64,000 nt of DNA from Moniliella sp. 'wahieum'. Its lineage: Eukaryota. The position numbers were made by a program, and so were the translations under genes. The stretch spans positions 868,001 to 932,000 of the forward strand of contig RSEE01000006.1 of NCBI GenBank assembly GCA_003971905.1, in the 5' to 3' direction. The notes below the pieces were generated by a model that worked only from the letters and a program-made list of their open reading frames with translations, was not told where the DNA came from and ran no database searches. Positions within the stretch are counted from its first letter, which is position 1; each line of letters opens with the position of its first letter. Shown here piece by piece: positions 50,959 to 63,719 of the stretch.

Positions 50959-52570
50959 TTAAGCCAGAGCAGTGGCATTGTTAAGGCGAGCGCGTTCGGG
51001 CTGCCCTGGACATCCGTGAGGGCGTCCTTGGTAGCAAACTTGATCAGCGCCTTCTTCAGGTCCGAAGGGTGGAGCACCGAGACGACCGCCTTCTTGGGCT
51101 TGGGCGAGAGGGACTCCACAAGCCACTCGAGCGCGGCCACCGGCATGTGCGCCGACGGCAGCACACCCCCAGCCTCAAGCAGGGCCGAAGCACGGTGCGC
51201 TCAGCCTGCTGCTCGGCCAGGTCATCGAGCGTCGTCACTGCCAGCGGGTTCTCCAGGGCAACAAAGTCCTCCGTGCCGTAGATGCTGAGGAGGTATGCCA
51301 GCAGGCCCACAGTGTGGGGGGTGGCCATCGAGGTGCCCGACAGAATGGCAGTGGCATCCTTCCAGGTGTTCCAAGTGGACTTGATGTTGAGGCCAGGAGC
51401 AAAGATGTCGACGCATGAGCCCTTGTTGGAGAAGTAGGCACGCTTGTCCGACACGTCCGAAGCACCCACCGTCACGGGAAGCGAGGCTCCAGCAGGCGAG
51501 GTCCAGCACGCATCCGAGTTCTCATGCCCCGCCGCCACAGCAAAGTGGAGACCCGAAGAAACAGCACCATTGACGGCCGCGTCAAGAGTAGGCGACTTGC
51601 CACCACCGAGAGACATGTTGGCCACAAAGCCCTTGTGCTTCTTGCGCGTCGCCGGGTCCTTCGAGGCAAGCTTGGCACTGATCTCTGTGCATCCTTCACT
51701 GCCCACAAAACACCGGCCGCGACATCAGACATGGTACCACTGCCGGAAGAACGGAGGACTTTGACAGCAACCAGATCGGCATTCTTCGCCACACCGTACG
51801 TCTTACCGCCAATGGTGCCGGACAGTGGGTGCCATGGCCATTGCCATCTTCATCCTCGTCCCCATAGGGGATGGTCTTGCCCCACCGGGCGCGGCCCTCA
51901 AAGTCAGAGTGGTGGATGTAAACACCAGTGCTACGCCAGGTCAGCAATCGGACCAATGAGATTCAAGTAATCGTCACGTACTCAATGATGTAGGCAGTCA
52001 CGCGCGGCACCCGAGCCTCATCGTAAATGTAGTTGTTGAAGGTGCCATAGCCCAGCTGGTCGCGGTGGGAAATGCGGGCCAAGCCCCAAGGCGCATCCTT
52101 CTCGGTCAGATGCTTGTGGTCTTGGACAACGATCTGCTCGGGCATGACCTGCGTCTTGACAATCGAGTCGCGCTCCACGTACTCGACCTCTTCCTGCGCC
52201 CGAATAAAAGCGAGGACATCATCGGTGAACTGCCCCGAGTAGCCTTGCAGGTGACCTTCCAAGTCGTAATGTGGCGAATGCCATGCTCGGCTGCCGAGGC
52301 AGCGTTGAAGCCATAGTATGCGTTGGCTTCCGCTTGTGCCGAAGCATCATATCCTGGTGGGCAAGGAAAGAGTTGGCAGAGACACCCTTGAGCTTGACAA
52401 TGTACTTGCCCTCCACCTCGCCAAGGTGGCCTTCGGCACTCCTGAGCGCGGCGGGAAAACCGATGCATCTTGCACGGTGGCGCCGGGCACAAAGCGGGGC
52501 TTGGTGGGGCGGGCGTTGACGAGGCTGGCGCCAGCCAGGGCAAGGCCGAGAGCAGTGGAGAGAAGCGCAT
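50959..52570 (-). CDS. PRB1: Vacuolar subtilisin-like serine protease (proteinase B, S8A)
   Basis: Signal MRFSPLL, I9 propeptide ([21 protein letters not shown]), [11 protein letters not shown]. Catalytic D in ID|TG across intron 51931-51981, H in GNGHGTHC, S in SGTSMATPH. Many indels. Confidence 0.92.
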
Positions 52571-54503
52571 GGGGAAAGGGGGCGGGAGGAGAGGCGGGGT
52601 GGGGGTGGCCTGGACGGGGAGGCCGATGGGGGAGGGGACGAACTGCAGGGGAGGGGGGGTATTTAAGGCAAGCGAGGGCTGGCTTATCAGCCTGATAATC
52701 GCAGCCTCGATAAGATCTGTGCTGCAGTATGTCGGGGGGCTGCATGCGGCGGCCCTGGCAGCCGAGGCCGCCCCGGGCCGCCCCAACAGCGGAACAGGCC
52801 ACGCAATCCTGCCTGGATAACGCGCGCAGCCGCAGGCCGGCAGCGCAGCGCTCAGCCAGTCACGTCAGCGTCAGGTCCCCATCGGCTCCCGTCCGCCCGC
52901 CACGGCCCGGTGACTGGCGCCGTGCACCGCTTCCGGGCGGGACCCGCCCGATGCCCAAGCACAGCAACAGTGTCGCGGCAGAATGACGTTGTCGTGCTAG
53001 GCATCCGGCACGGGGGCAGCGTTGGGATGACTCGTCCGATCCAGATCGCTGCTTGGCCACCGACGCCCTCTTTCGGTCATCGAGTCATCAGATGCATGAT
53101 CCATCGGCGTCGGCAGTGGCGGTGGGGCAATGCAAATGTTGCCCCAGCAGCCCCAGCAGCACCAGGCCACTCAGGTCCCCGGCATTCAGTCATCTCCACG
53201 CGTCACGCGTCACAGCCACCCTTCAAGCTTCACCCTTCACACGTCACGCTTCACAGCTGCAGGTGGGATGCGTGAGCAGATAAGATCTGAGAAGCGCCAT
53301 CGCGCTAGCTTATTACGAAGGGTCTAACATGTCCACTGATTAGATAACCCACCCCTCTTACCGGGGGGTCTCCGTTCACTCCAGTTCTCTCTCCACCATC
53401 TCCCCTGTCGGGCCCCTCCCCTCCTCCTCCTCTCTCCGCCCCCTCCTCTCGTGCCAGGCCGGCAGCGCAGCAACCCACAGCCATCATCAACGACACTCGA
53501 TACACACAACCCCACACACCAAAAACTTTTGTTTACAAAACACCTTCAAGGTCCTCTGTAGATTACAGCCACGCTACTGGGAATGTAGCACGTCCAGCTG
53601 GGCTGGACTCTGCGCGGCGGCCCAGACAAGCTGATTTCAGCTCAATCACTTCCCAAAAGTCCACTCCCCCCTGCGTTCCTCGATGAAGAAGAAGAACTTG
53701 CTCTTCTACAGCAAACTGGGCGAAGAACCGACCTAGAGCTTGATATGCCATGCTCGAGCATACACAATGATACCCCCCCCTTTGCGCAATGTCTGTGTTG
53801 CTAGTACTATTAGGTGAGCGCTGATCCCGATTTGGCGTAACACTCGTGTTTGTACTACACTGCAGCAACTTCCGCCTGTAGCTGTCATCTCCCTCACTGG
53901 GTGTGATAAGCGCAGTCTAGTATACCCAGCGAACTCCTTTGATCAGTTACGCTATGAGGACACCTGTGGGTATGGTTGGGGCACAGGGCGCTGATAGACG
54001 GAGCGCCAAGCCAAAACGCATACCACCACCATAAACTGATTTCGCACAACATACCCAACAACATCTTCCATTGAGTCTATGGGAAAGCAGGCTGGCTAGG
54101 GATAAGCATCCACCGCTGCTCAGGTATCATGTCACCATTGCCGTTCCACAATCGGAGGAGGCGGGGTTTTTTAGGCGAGAAAAGGACTACTACACAAGAC
54201 AAACTTGTTTCCATGCATATACACCGAGGATCACGGCCCCCGATCAATATTCAATATAGAGGCAAATATCGAATCTGCATTTTCCTTCTTTTTCCCACTG
54301 TGAAGGTTCATCAGATCCATAAATGTCAACAGACGCAAGGCATGTATTTGCCCCATGAGTGTGCCAATGCACGTGCGGGTTTGTACGATCATCCAGGAAA
54401 TACAGTTCCGTTCCATATGCGCTTGCTTGCTCAAGTCAAGGAGGAAGGGGAGTAAGCTGGCTTCCTACTGAGAAGACAACTTCTGCTAGATCCGGCCAAG
54501 AGG

Positions 54504-56227
54504 TCAACGTTTTCGGTTCTTGAGCAGGGTCGCGTTGCCCATATTCAACTCAAAGTCGTCTTTGGGGGGCGGTAGGCCGCGGGCTTGTGGCACACCATGA
54601 GGTATTGGCCCATGAGGCTGAGCCCCATTGGTTTGGATGGGTGGGTACTTGCTTGCTCGTCCCGTGATGGGTTGGGTTACAACGCCTGACTGTCGTTCCT
54701 CCCCTCCTCGATCGGCTGGCTTTGGAGGGAGTGGGTAAACGCTTCTTCGTCGACGCGGTGCACGGCATACGAAACGTCAAAGGCGGCCTTAAGCTGTTGA
54801 AGGCCCGGGTGGTCAAGCCCAAGCCGGCACGAGCGGCGCGCGAAACAGTAGGGTCGGTGGAACACAAGATAGAGAAGCGGAGAGGAGAGGGGCATGCCTT
54901 GTGCCATCTCCATCCTCTTGGGGTAAGGAAAGGGACTGGCTGAGGTGCACGACACCACGGATGTTGCAAAAATTCGTCGATGGTGTAGCGTCTCCGCGGA
55001 TCAACGGTAAGCAGGTGACTGATCAGATTCTTGGCCGACACCGACACATCATCCCACCAAGGCGAGAGGAAGGTATACTGCCCTCTGGCCACCTTCTCTG
55101 TCAGGACAGCGATACTCTCGTCGTAAAAGGGAGGGAAACCACACAGGAGGGTATAGAGTACGCATCCCAAGGCCCACAGATCCACCGACTTGCTGTAGGA
55201 GGACTTGCGTACAATCTCGGGTGCCGTGTACCCAATTGTGCCACAGGGGGAGGTGGCATAGCCTTCGTGCACTACTTTGCTCATCCAAAATCCGCAATCT
55301 TCACCCGCCCAATCCCGCCTCCACCAACACCAGGAATGAATTCACCTTCATCCACTTTGCCTTGATCGTACGGCCGGGCTTTGCTGATCTTGGACGGATC
55401 ACAGAGATGGGTTCAAACAGAATGTTCTCGGGTTTGATATCGCGGTGCACGATGCCGGCCTCATTGTGAAGGTAACGGATGGCCTCAGCGACCTGGAGGA
55501 TAATATGCCTGGCAACGTCTTCGGAAAAGTACGTATATTTGGCAATCTGGTGGAACAGTTCCCCTCCTTGCACCAGCTCCATAACGAGAAAATAGTATTG
55601 GGGCGATTCGCCAAACTCAAGAAGCCGAACAATGTTGCCATGCGAAAGTCGTCTCATGATCTGGACCTCCTTCAGAATGCTGGCCCGCTCCGTAGCTCGA
55701 TGTCGCCTGCGGAACTGGGGCTGGAGATGAGACGAGGAAAACTCCTCGGATTTGCGCACCACCTTGATTGCACATTCGCCCCCGGACAAACGGTGGCGGG
55801 CACGAAAGACGCTGCTAAAGGCCCCTTCGCCCATCTTCTCGAGCAAGACAAACCTCTCGGTCAAGCCCGGGTACGTGGGCAGTGGTTGGTTCGGTACGGC
55901 ATTTTCTCTCCGGACCAGGTCCTGCGCGGCCGTGCGGTGCACCCTCTGCGTGTCGTTCTCTTCCTTGAGAGACGCTGTCGTCGGTGGCGGTGAATCTGGG
56001 ACGGAGGTCGCAGGGGTCTGAAGCGTACTTGGTCTGCTCTCGGCGCTGCGTTCCGATTGGGTCGGGCCTACCTCCTGGGCCAAAGGATGATCGCGTTCGA
56101 CTTGGTACTGGTTCCAGTTAGTGGGAATGTTGGCGGCAGCCCCGCCATGGCGGATGAGGTGCTGGAAGCCATCGAGGATGGGCGTGGCCGACTCTTCCGC
56201 CGGCGTGGCGACGCTGACGAAGTTCAT
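54504..56227 (-). CDS. Srk1/Rck2-type CAMK-family MAPK-activated protein kinase
   Basis: MGEGAFSSV, AIKVVRK, HRDIKPENILF, GGGGIGRVKIADFG, TPCG-like SPCGTIGYTAPE, FLSPWWD, C-terminal FELNMGNATLLKNRKR docking-like tail. Start uncertain, indels present. Confidence 0.88.
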
Positions 56228-56918
56228 CGGCAACGAAAGTGGATGGGGTCGAGTGACGCGATGACGGGGAGAGAAGCTGGGGTCTCCGGGCGGAAGCTGG
56301 GGAAGCAGCCCGCGCAGCAAAGGCACGAAGGCAGGCACGGGCAGTGGCGACCATGATCGTGATCCATGATCGCGGCGAGCATGGCGTCGACTAGGACCAT
56401 GGGGCTGCCCAGCGCTGGCCCCGTGGGAGCTTGCGAGGGGTTTGCCCTGGTCTGCCTGGCTGGCCTCCGACACAAGTGTGGCTGACGGGGCCTCTCGGGC
56501 CTTTCTTCAGCTGAAGTTCAAGCTCCATCAACCGGCCATTAACCATTCCTGCCTCCGGCCTCTAGTAGGCTGGTACGTACGTCACTGCAATCCCAGCCGA
56601 ACGGCCAGGACGCAGGAGGGACTAGGGAGCGATGGAGGACGTAGGACCCCAGAGGACCCCTGACCGATGATCGATGATCACTGATCTATCGATACGCCGC
56701 ACCAGGGCCACCCCACACCCGACGATCGGAAAGCCTCTTGCTGAGCCAGAGTTAGCATCTGAGTCTCAGATGCCTGCCAGTTCCGGGCCTGAGCGTTTCA
56801 AATCCAGACACTGCCACATACATTGCACCGACCCCCACCCCCCGGCAGTCCCTCCATCGAAACATTGAATGTTGACTGTCTGCCTAGGTGATATTTTCGA
56901 AATTTACCATCCCCATAA

Positions 56919-57003
56919 GCCTCGCTATTTCAATCGGTAGAATTTGAGACTCTTATACGAGAGGTTCATCTCACGGTTGTGGGTTCGAGTCCCACGTGGG
57001 GCG
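56919..57003 (+). tRNA. tRNA-Lys(CUU) with 12-nt intron and atypical D-stem
   Basis: GCCTCGC/GTGGGGC acceptor, TGAGA-CT-CTT-A..A-TCTCA anticodon arm, GTGGGTTCGAGTCCCAC T-arm, T-run downstream. Confidence 0.88.
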
Positions 57004-57250
57004 TCCTTTTTACCTGTCCAGCCTTGCTTTTTGATGGAGAGCAAGTTCCCGGCAGCTCGTTGAACTCAACACTCAACTTTCAGGATGCTGAATCCGTACA
57101 CATGATGGACGATACTTTAGTCAACTGAACGAGCACAAGCAGCCTAATACGCTGGATTATATGAGAGCAAGCCTATACTGATAGGCGCAACGTTACTTTC
57201 TCCCAGCAGCCTCAATCTCTATGTGCAAATGGGATATCATTGATTCGCGA

Positions 57251-57347
57251 AGGTGGACCGGTGGAACGGTGGCTACGGTGGAGACGATGGCGACGGTGGA
57301 ACGGTAGCTAAAGGTGGCGACGGGGGAACGGTGGTACGGTGGCAACG
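57251..57347. repeat. Degenerate minisatellite of ACGGTGG(N1-2), about 11 units
   Basis: ggtggaccggtggaacggtggctacggtggagacgatggcgacggtggaacggtagct... Confidence 0.85.
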
Positions 57348-59687
57348 CAGCACCAAGCTGGGGCGAAGCCCCAGCTGACCGCGCCTAGGCCCGGTGGTCT
57401 CCTCGTGGAGCAAAAAAGGGCATCTATACTGCATCCACATATCATTGACCCAGCTTATGACTGAGACAAAGAAACGCTGCGGCGTCTATACTGTGTGCAT
57501 TCCATTGACAGAGCTTAAGGCTGGGACAGGGGGAACGCTACGTCTAAACCGAACCGTTCATCTTTACTCTGTGGTTTCGTCTTTTATCTTTTCACCAGTT
57601 GTTTCGCTCGCTCCGCAGTCATCGATCATCGATCATCTCTCTCAAATATAGCCCAGCCGACAGCAAAACGGCAAAGGGCCGGAGCGATTCAACTACGAGA
57701 GTATGACATTCAATGCAGTGATAATCGATAAGGCCTAATGGGGAGGGGGCCCAACACGCCTTGGAACAACCCCCCCCCCCCCTCCGTCAGTAATCGATTA
57801 CATGGATTTACTGGAGAGAGAAATGCGAGAAGCGGAAAGTCCTTGTGCTGATAGGAAAAAGAATTCATATAGGTCTTCGTACCAAACGTCCCTTCTGATG
57901 TAAGTGATCCACTCCGCCTTGGCCACGCGGCAGTCGGAGAGAGAGGTAATCGATCGATGTAATCGATCTTCAGTGAGGCCGAGGGATAATAAAAGAGAGC
58001 GAGATTGAATTGGTGTGTATATATGACGCGTCTCCGCGAGCGTCTTCCGTGATGCTGAACGTAAACAAAGAGAAATATCAATGAGATAATAGAAACGTGT
58101 CGCCACAGAGATGTCATGCTGAGGCGCTGAGGGCGTATATGCATCTGAGTGTTCAGGCTGAGGTCTCAACGCTGAGGACAGTTGGAATCTCTCGTTTTGA
58201 ATTAATAAAACGCTACAGATAGCGGCTTTCAAACTGAACGAGTCTTCTCTGTACTATGGGAAGAGCGAGCTTCAACGAAGTTAGTTGACGAGCGATGGCC
58301 AAACTGATTATGCCAGTGGCAACCGCGAGTAGCCAGTATTATATTGCGACAAGAAGTGTCGAAAATGGAAAAAGTACGAGCGAGCTGATAGGCAACACAC
58401 ATCGATAAGATGGCTGTCGACGGTCGATGCGTTCTTCGAGTGTCTTCGTGGCGATTGAAAAAAAAACTGCAGAAGATCGAGGAAGAAGAGTGTGGCTCTG
58501 GGGACAATCGAAGCTCAAAGGGTGGGAGGTATATGCATTTGTATCCTCATCGAGTCGTGCAGATTCTGGGCGGCTACAACGCGCTATGCGTACACAACAC
58601 GCTCTTTGCCATGATGGTGGTGGAGAGAGATCGCGCAAGCTGAGCTCTGCTGAGCTCCGGCTGAACGCTCAGACGCCGAGGTGCTGAGGGAGCTGAGGCG
58701 CTGAGGATGCCATTCACGAAGTTGGTTATTGTCACTGGTCACTATAATCAATCCTCAATGTGTGATCCGCTGTTCCGATCGCACACATATCAGGGCTGCA
58801 AACGGGGGGGTTGTGTAACATGAGAGGTTATGACATGGGACATACTCTCAAGTGTGTGTGTGGGGGACTGTAGGATGGTTTTGGTTTAAGTGGCACGATG
58901 CGGCGCGCCACATGCACGCTATTTTATTGGCCCCTCAAAGGGTTTTTGGCGCATGGCAGCAGGGTGTGGCGCGAGGAAAGCTGGGGAACGACACTGCTCC
59001 CCAGCTGTGGGGCGCGGGAGAGACAGATATCCAGGGCCTGTTGCGCAAGCAGAGAGGGTGTTAGTAGGGCTTTGAATACACCCGTCTCGCCAGAGCCAAA
59101 AAGCAGTAGGCCGAAACGGCCGCCGAGCGGGGAGTGGTTGATATTGAACAGCCAGTACTGACATGGTATGGAAACCGCGGTAACTATGGAGTAAACTATA
59201 CGCATGCATGAGGTCTGTGTGAGACTATGTGCGCATATGACGCGCCCAGCTGGGGAGCAGTCTGGAGCACGCCTGGGCAGCGGCTGCGTGTCAGATGTGA
59301 GCATCTGAGTTCTGACGCCAAAAAGGCGGGCTGGGGCGGCATGGCGCAAGCATCGCAAAGTGGAAGGCCTCACGCCTCACGCCTCACCCTCGCGCCTCGC
59401 TCGCTCAGCGCTCACTCCTCTCAGGGCCCTTTCTCTCTAAACCCCCAGCAGCACCCGTCCATGGATAGTTGATACATTGATACCCCCCCAAGCACTGCGT
59501 CCCACAACCCTTTCCTATCTCACACACACCGGCCCCGTCTTGTATCATACGTTCGGTTGGAACGTATATATAGATGGCGTCTCCACCCGCTTCACATGCC
59601 CTTTTTCGTTTTAGCTTCTCTCCCATCCCACGCCCTTTCACCGCCACCTACCCACCTACCGTCTATCCCCGCGCAGAGATGAGTACA

Positions 59688-59955
59688 TGTACCTTGAGCT
59701 GCAGATGCCACCTGGACCCCAGTTAGCTCAGTTCCTCGCTTCCACTCCCCGAGGCTTGTTGGGTCCCCTCGGCGAGCGCATGCGAAAGCGTCTTGGCGCT
59801 CATGGGCACGCTTAACCGCCAGGCTCGGCTTACTTCCGCTTTGACCACATCGAAAAGGCCGCATCTATCAGCGCCGAAGAACTGCATCAGCCGTTGTCCA
59901 CCCTTCAGTCCCTCCATGGGACACCAGCAGTCCGTGCGCTTCTCCAGATGATCTG

Positions 59956-59987
<32 letters not shown>

Positions 59988-60748
59988 CCATCTTTCTTCT
60001 TGCCCTCTTCCTATTGCCTCCACCCCTCCTACGTTTCAATCACCCTTCTTGCAACCCCGTCATGAAAATCTTTCGTTCTCCCAACGCCAGAAAGGGCACA
60101 GCCCCCGTTCCCGTTCCCAACAGGGGCACCTGATCTCCGCCGAGCAGGAGAAATGGTCTGCTGGGAGTGGGCATGATCTTTCCCAACGTCCGCTTGCGCG
60201 GCGGCACTCCGTCAAGCCCTCAGCGCTTCGTTGTGGGGGCATGCTGCTCAAAGCGACCACTCAAACCCCCATCGTAAATCCTTGTCTTCTCAGCCCACTA
60301 CCCAAACCCCGTTGGAAGCCGGAACGAACGGGGATCGGCCCAGCAAGGGTGGTTTTCTGATGCAGTCGTCGCCGTCACCGGATCAATACGAGGCGTGGAC
60401 TGGACAGAACAAGACGGCGGTTCAGACGAGGAGAGTGTAATCTCCGTCGATGCGTATCAGCGTTCCAAGTCGCCGTGGACAGTGCATTCTGTTTCCGAGT
60501 CGGAGAGCGAGATCGAGATGATGGAGGATCCGATCTCTCCTCGGACAGAATGTAAAAGGAACCAGCGCTGTGCTTCGGACCGTTCAGTGGACGCTGCGGT
60601 GATCCGTCGACGGAGTCCTTCCACTCCTTCCATCTCGCCCTTGACACCGTTGCGACCCTTGTCAGCACTGCAACCGAGACGAAAGCTCCCTCTGAGCTCG
60701 TCTGCTGATTTCGTCCTCTCTAATTATGTATGTATAGGAAGAGACTAA
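59688..60748 (+). CDS. Possible hypothetical Ser/Pro-rich protein (fragmented)
   Basis: TATATATA at ~59565, CT-rich leader, then overlapping short ORFs ending at 60748. No recognisable domain. Confidence 0.3.
59956..59987. repeat. (GCTCCT)5 microsatellite
   Basis: Five exact copies. Confidence 0.9.
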
Positions 60749-61207
60749 GCCCCAATCTGTAACACGTACCTCTCTGCTGCTATATGCGGCATATTAGAGG
60801 TTTATTCTCTCTTCGGCACACATCATTATGGACCCAATTTGTGGTCAAATATGCCAAAATCTATCACTGATGCTTCATTGACCCACTCTCCATATGTCTC
60901 TGTAGCTAGAGGACTGTGTCGTCGGCACGGTTTTTTATGATGAAAACCCACATGGGAACTGTTGTGGAGACTGTAGGGCATAGTATAATCTCCTTTCCTG
61001 TTGTCACTCATGTTGTATCATCCGTTTTGTTTTATCCACTGTGTGAAAGAGAAAACCTATTGTTTCCTCGCCTTGTCCCGATTCTTATACCCCTTTTGTC
61101 GGCATGTCAGCTATGGAGAAGATGAACGGCTTTGAGAGCCTGTGGTTGTAACTTGGTTGGCACGAGTTTATCATTGGATGGAACAGCAAAAAGACCGAAA
61201 CGAAAAG

Positions 61208-61295
61208 TTCCCCGACCGGGAGTCGAACCCGGGTCTTGACGGATCCCCCGAATGCGGGTGAGAGCGTCACATCATAGCCGTTGGACCATCGAGGA
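61208..61295 (-). tRNA. tRNA-Glu(CUC) with 16-nt intron
   Basis: Reverse complement TCCTCGA..TGACG-CT-CTC-A[intron]C-CGTCA..CCGGGTTCGACTCCCGG-TCGGGGA-A. Confidence 0.94.
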
Positions 61296-62489
61296 TTGTT
61301 AACCCTTCGGCCACATATGGCTAACCCGACAATACGCACACTCTGTTATATCTACGTCAACAGACTCTCCCCTTCTATATCTGCCAGTCCTCTGAATGAA
61401 CACGACCTTCACCTTCACCATCATCTGTTGGGACCCGTGGTCCCGTACTTAGGCCAAGGCGCCTCATCACCCTTCACCCCTGATTTGTCCTCCGAAGCCT
61501 CCACGTGTATACTCAGGTGTCTGAACCCCTGTCTCTAGGTGTGGCACAAGGCTTAGACCGAAACGACCACCATCGCGATTGCATTGCTCTACATTTCCAG
61601 AGGTTCTTCACCCAATCCCTTGGGTTCCTCCGGTCTTACATCATCCTGCTACACCAGTCTTCGCCACCAAGCCTCTTTGTCGGGGATACAAGGAAAACAG
61701 GGAGATGAGAAAAACTCCTGGGCCAGAAGAGAGAGGGTGGACTACTGTGAGAAGCGACGTTATCTGGCCAAATAACGCACGAGCCACCCGGTGGTTCAAT
61801 GTATTGAAGAAGTGCTGCTAGTGCTCTCTAGAGGCTGCGCGGGCGCTAACCTGTGTCCAGCGCTCAGAAGGGTGTCTGTTGGATGGGGGCAGAGACTCAG
61901 AGTCCTAGCTGTCATAGGCTCAGCGCGCGCTGACCCAGACACACACCCTCGTCATTATCGACTGTCACGAGACGGAGATGGGGGAAAGGGTGCAGATGGA
62001 TTGCATACATCTATGGACGCACAGGAGGTATATGTACCTCCTCAGGAAGGGGGCACAGTCGAGAGGTGGACACAGGATCTCCCAACTGATAAAATCACGC
62101 CATAGTGCCCATACGGGCCTAGTGGGCCAAGGGCCCCCTAGCACGGCGTGAGTCTGACATCGACGCCATCCGCCCGAGGATGGCCGAGGATGGGCGCGGT
62201 CTAGCAAGCGTGTGGGGACGAAGCGGGGCCTAGGTCCCATTCGATATTCAGTTGGGGCTGGCTAATTGGTCGGCCAGCTTAGGTCAATGGCCGGCGCTGC
62301 GCTCGGCCATTCGGGACTTGCATACCCGGTGCAGCCATTCAATATTCAGACTCCGTCACAGTCCCTCTCGTGACGCGTGAGTCGAGTAACTCAACTGAGT
62401 GCTGGGTGTTCCTCGTATTAATACCGCCTCCGCACCTTAGACGATCCAACCCTTTGTCCAACTTCATCCTGCTCACTACAACCAGCACG

Positions 62490-63719
62490 ATGCCCAAGGA
62501 TGCGAGCCCAGAAGTTATGCCCGAGTTGGCGCCAGCACACTCTACAGCGTCCAAGGAAAAGTACGTATTGCTCTTTGGGGCGTATGACGTGGGAGACCTG
62601 AGCCTGAGGGAGCTGCTGACCGATGCTCAGGTAGCTGTCGTGACCGGTGGAGGATTGGATTGGGGAAGAGTATGTGAGGCTCCATGATGGAAGCCAGGAG
62701 AACTGACAAAGGTCGATGAATGTGATGATAGCAGTGATGGCCGCCACTCTGGCGCGTAACGGAGCCAAGGTGTACTTGCGTCGCGCAAGCTGCCCGAGTT
62801 GGAAGGCGGCTGCGACGCTGGGACAGCTTTCCCCCCCGGGCTCGGTGGAGGGCCCCGCGGTGATCGCACTGCAGGCGGATGTGAGCAGCAAGGCGGGTTG
62901 TGATGCTTGGCGCAGCAGATCAAGGCCGCGAGAGCAAGCTGGACATTCTCATCAACAACGGGTGTCACCTGGGGTGCTGTTATGGACGACTTTCCCGAAG
63001 CGAAGGGATGGGACCGCACGTTTGACTTGAATGTCAAATCCCAATTTTACCTTACTGTCGCGTACGTCGCCTCTACCCTTTCCGAGATGGGCAGCGCAGG
63101 GTGAGAAATTGACCTGTGAACAGACTTCTACCCTGTTGGAGAAGCAAGTCGAACACGAGTACGTCTCTCTGCTTTTGCTACAGTTGTTCTTGAACTTACA
63201 CTCACCCCAGATCCCGGCGTGGTGATCAACATTGCCTCGGTTGCCGCGATCAACCCTGCGGCTGAGAGCCCGCTCTCGGCACCTGGTGAGGGCACTTGGA
63301 GTTGTACGTTACCTTTGCTCGCACCTGTCCTATACCTGTTGTACTAACCCCCCGCTCTGCAGACCAACCGTCCAAGGCAGCTTCGGTGCACTCTCCGCAC
63401 GCTCGCATTTTCGTTGGCGGATCGGCATGTGCACGTCAATGCCATCCTGCCGGGTGTCTTCCCCAGCCGGATGACGGCCTACGGCTTTTCTGAGGCGGCC
63501 GAGATGCTGGAGACAGGCCAGCCGGACAGGTACGTCGTCCCATTCTCTCCCTGCGACCCTGGCAACTCTGACGTGGCTACTGTGGCGGCCGCACGGGGAC
63601 GCCAGAGGATATTGGCGGGCTGGTGCTTCTGCTGTGCTCGCGCGCTGGGTCGCACATTGTGGGTGCTGCGATTCCGCTTGACGGCGGACAGACGATTGCA
63701 GATGTTCCCCAAGCTGTAG
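62490..63719 (+). CDS. Short-chain dehydrogenase/reductase (multi-intron, frameshifted)
   Basis: GK|VAVVTGGG, MAATLARNGAKVY, IALQADVSSK, LDILINN, GWDRTFDLNVKSQFY, VINIASVA, HVNAILPGVFPSRMT, AIPLDGG. Introns 62561-62630, 62670-62734, 63062-63123, 63159-63209, 63304-63362 and one from 63529. 3' end uncertain. Confidence 0.85.

Noticed and set aside
59894..60133. Poly-Leu signal peptide/TM ORF
   Set aside because: Produced by one reading frame of the (GCTCCT)n microsatellite.
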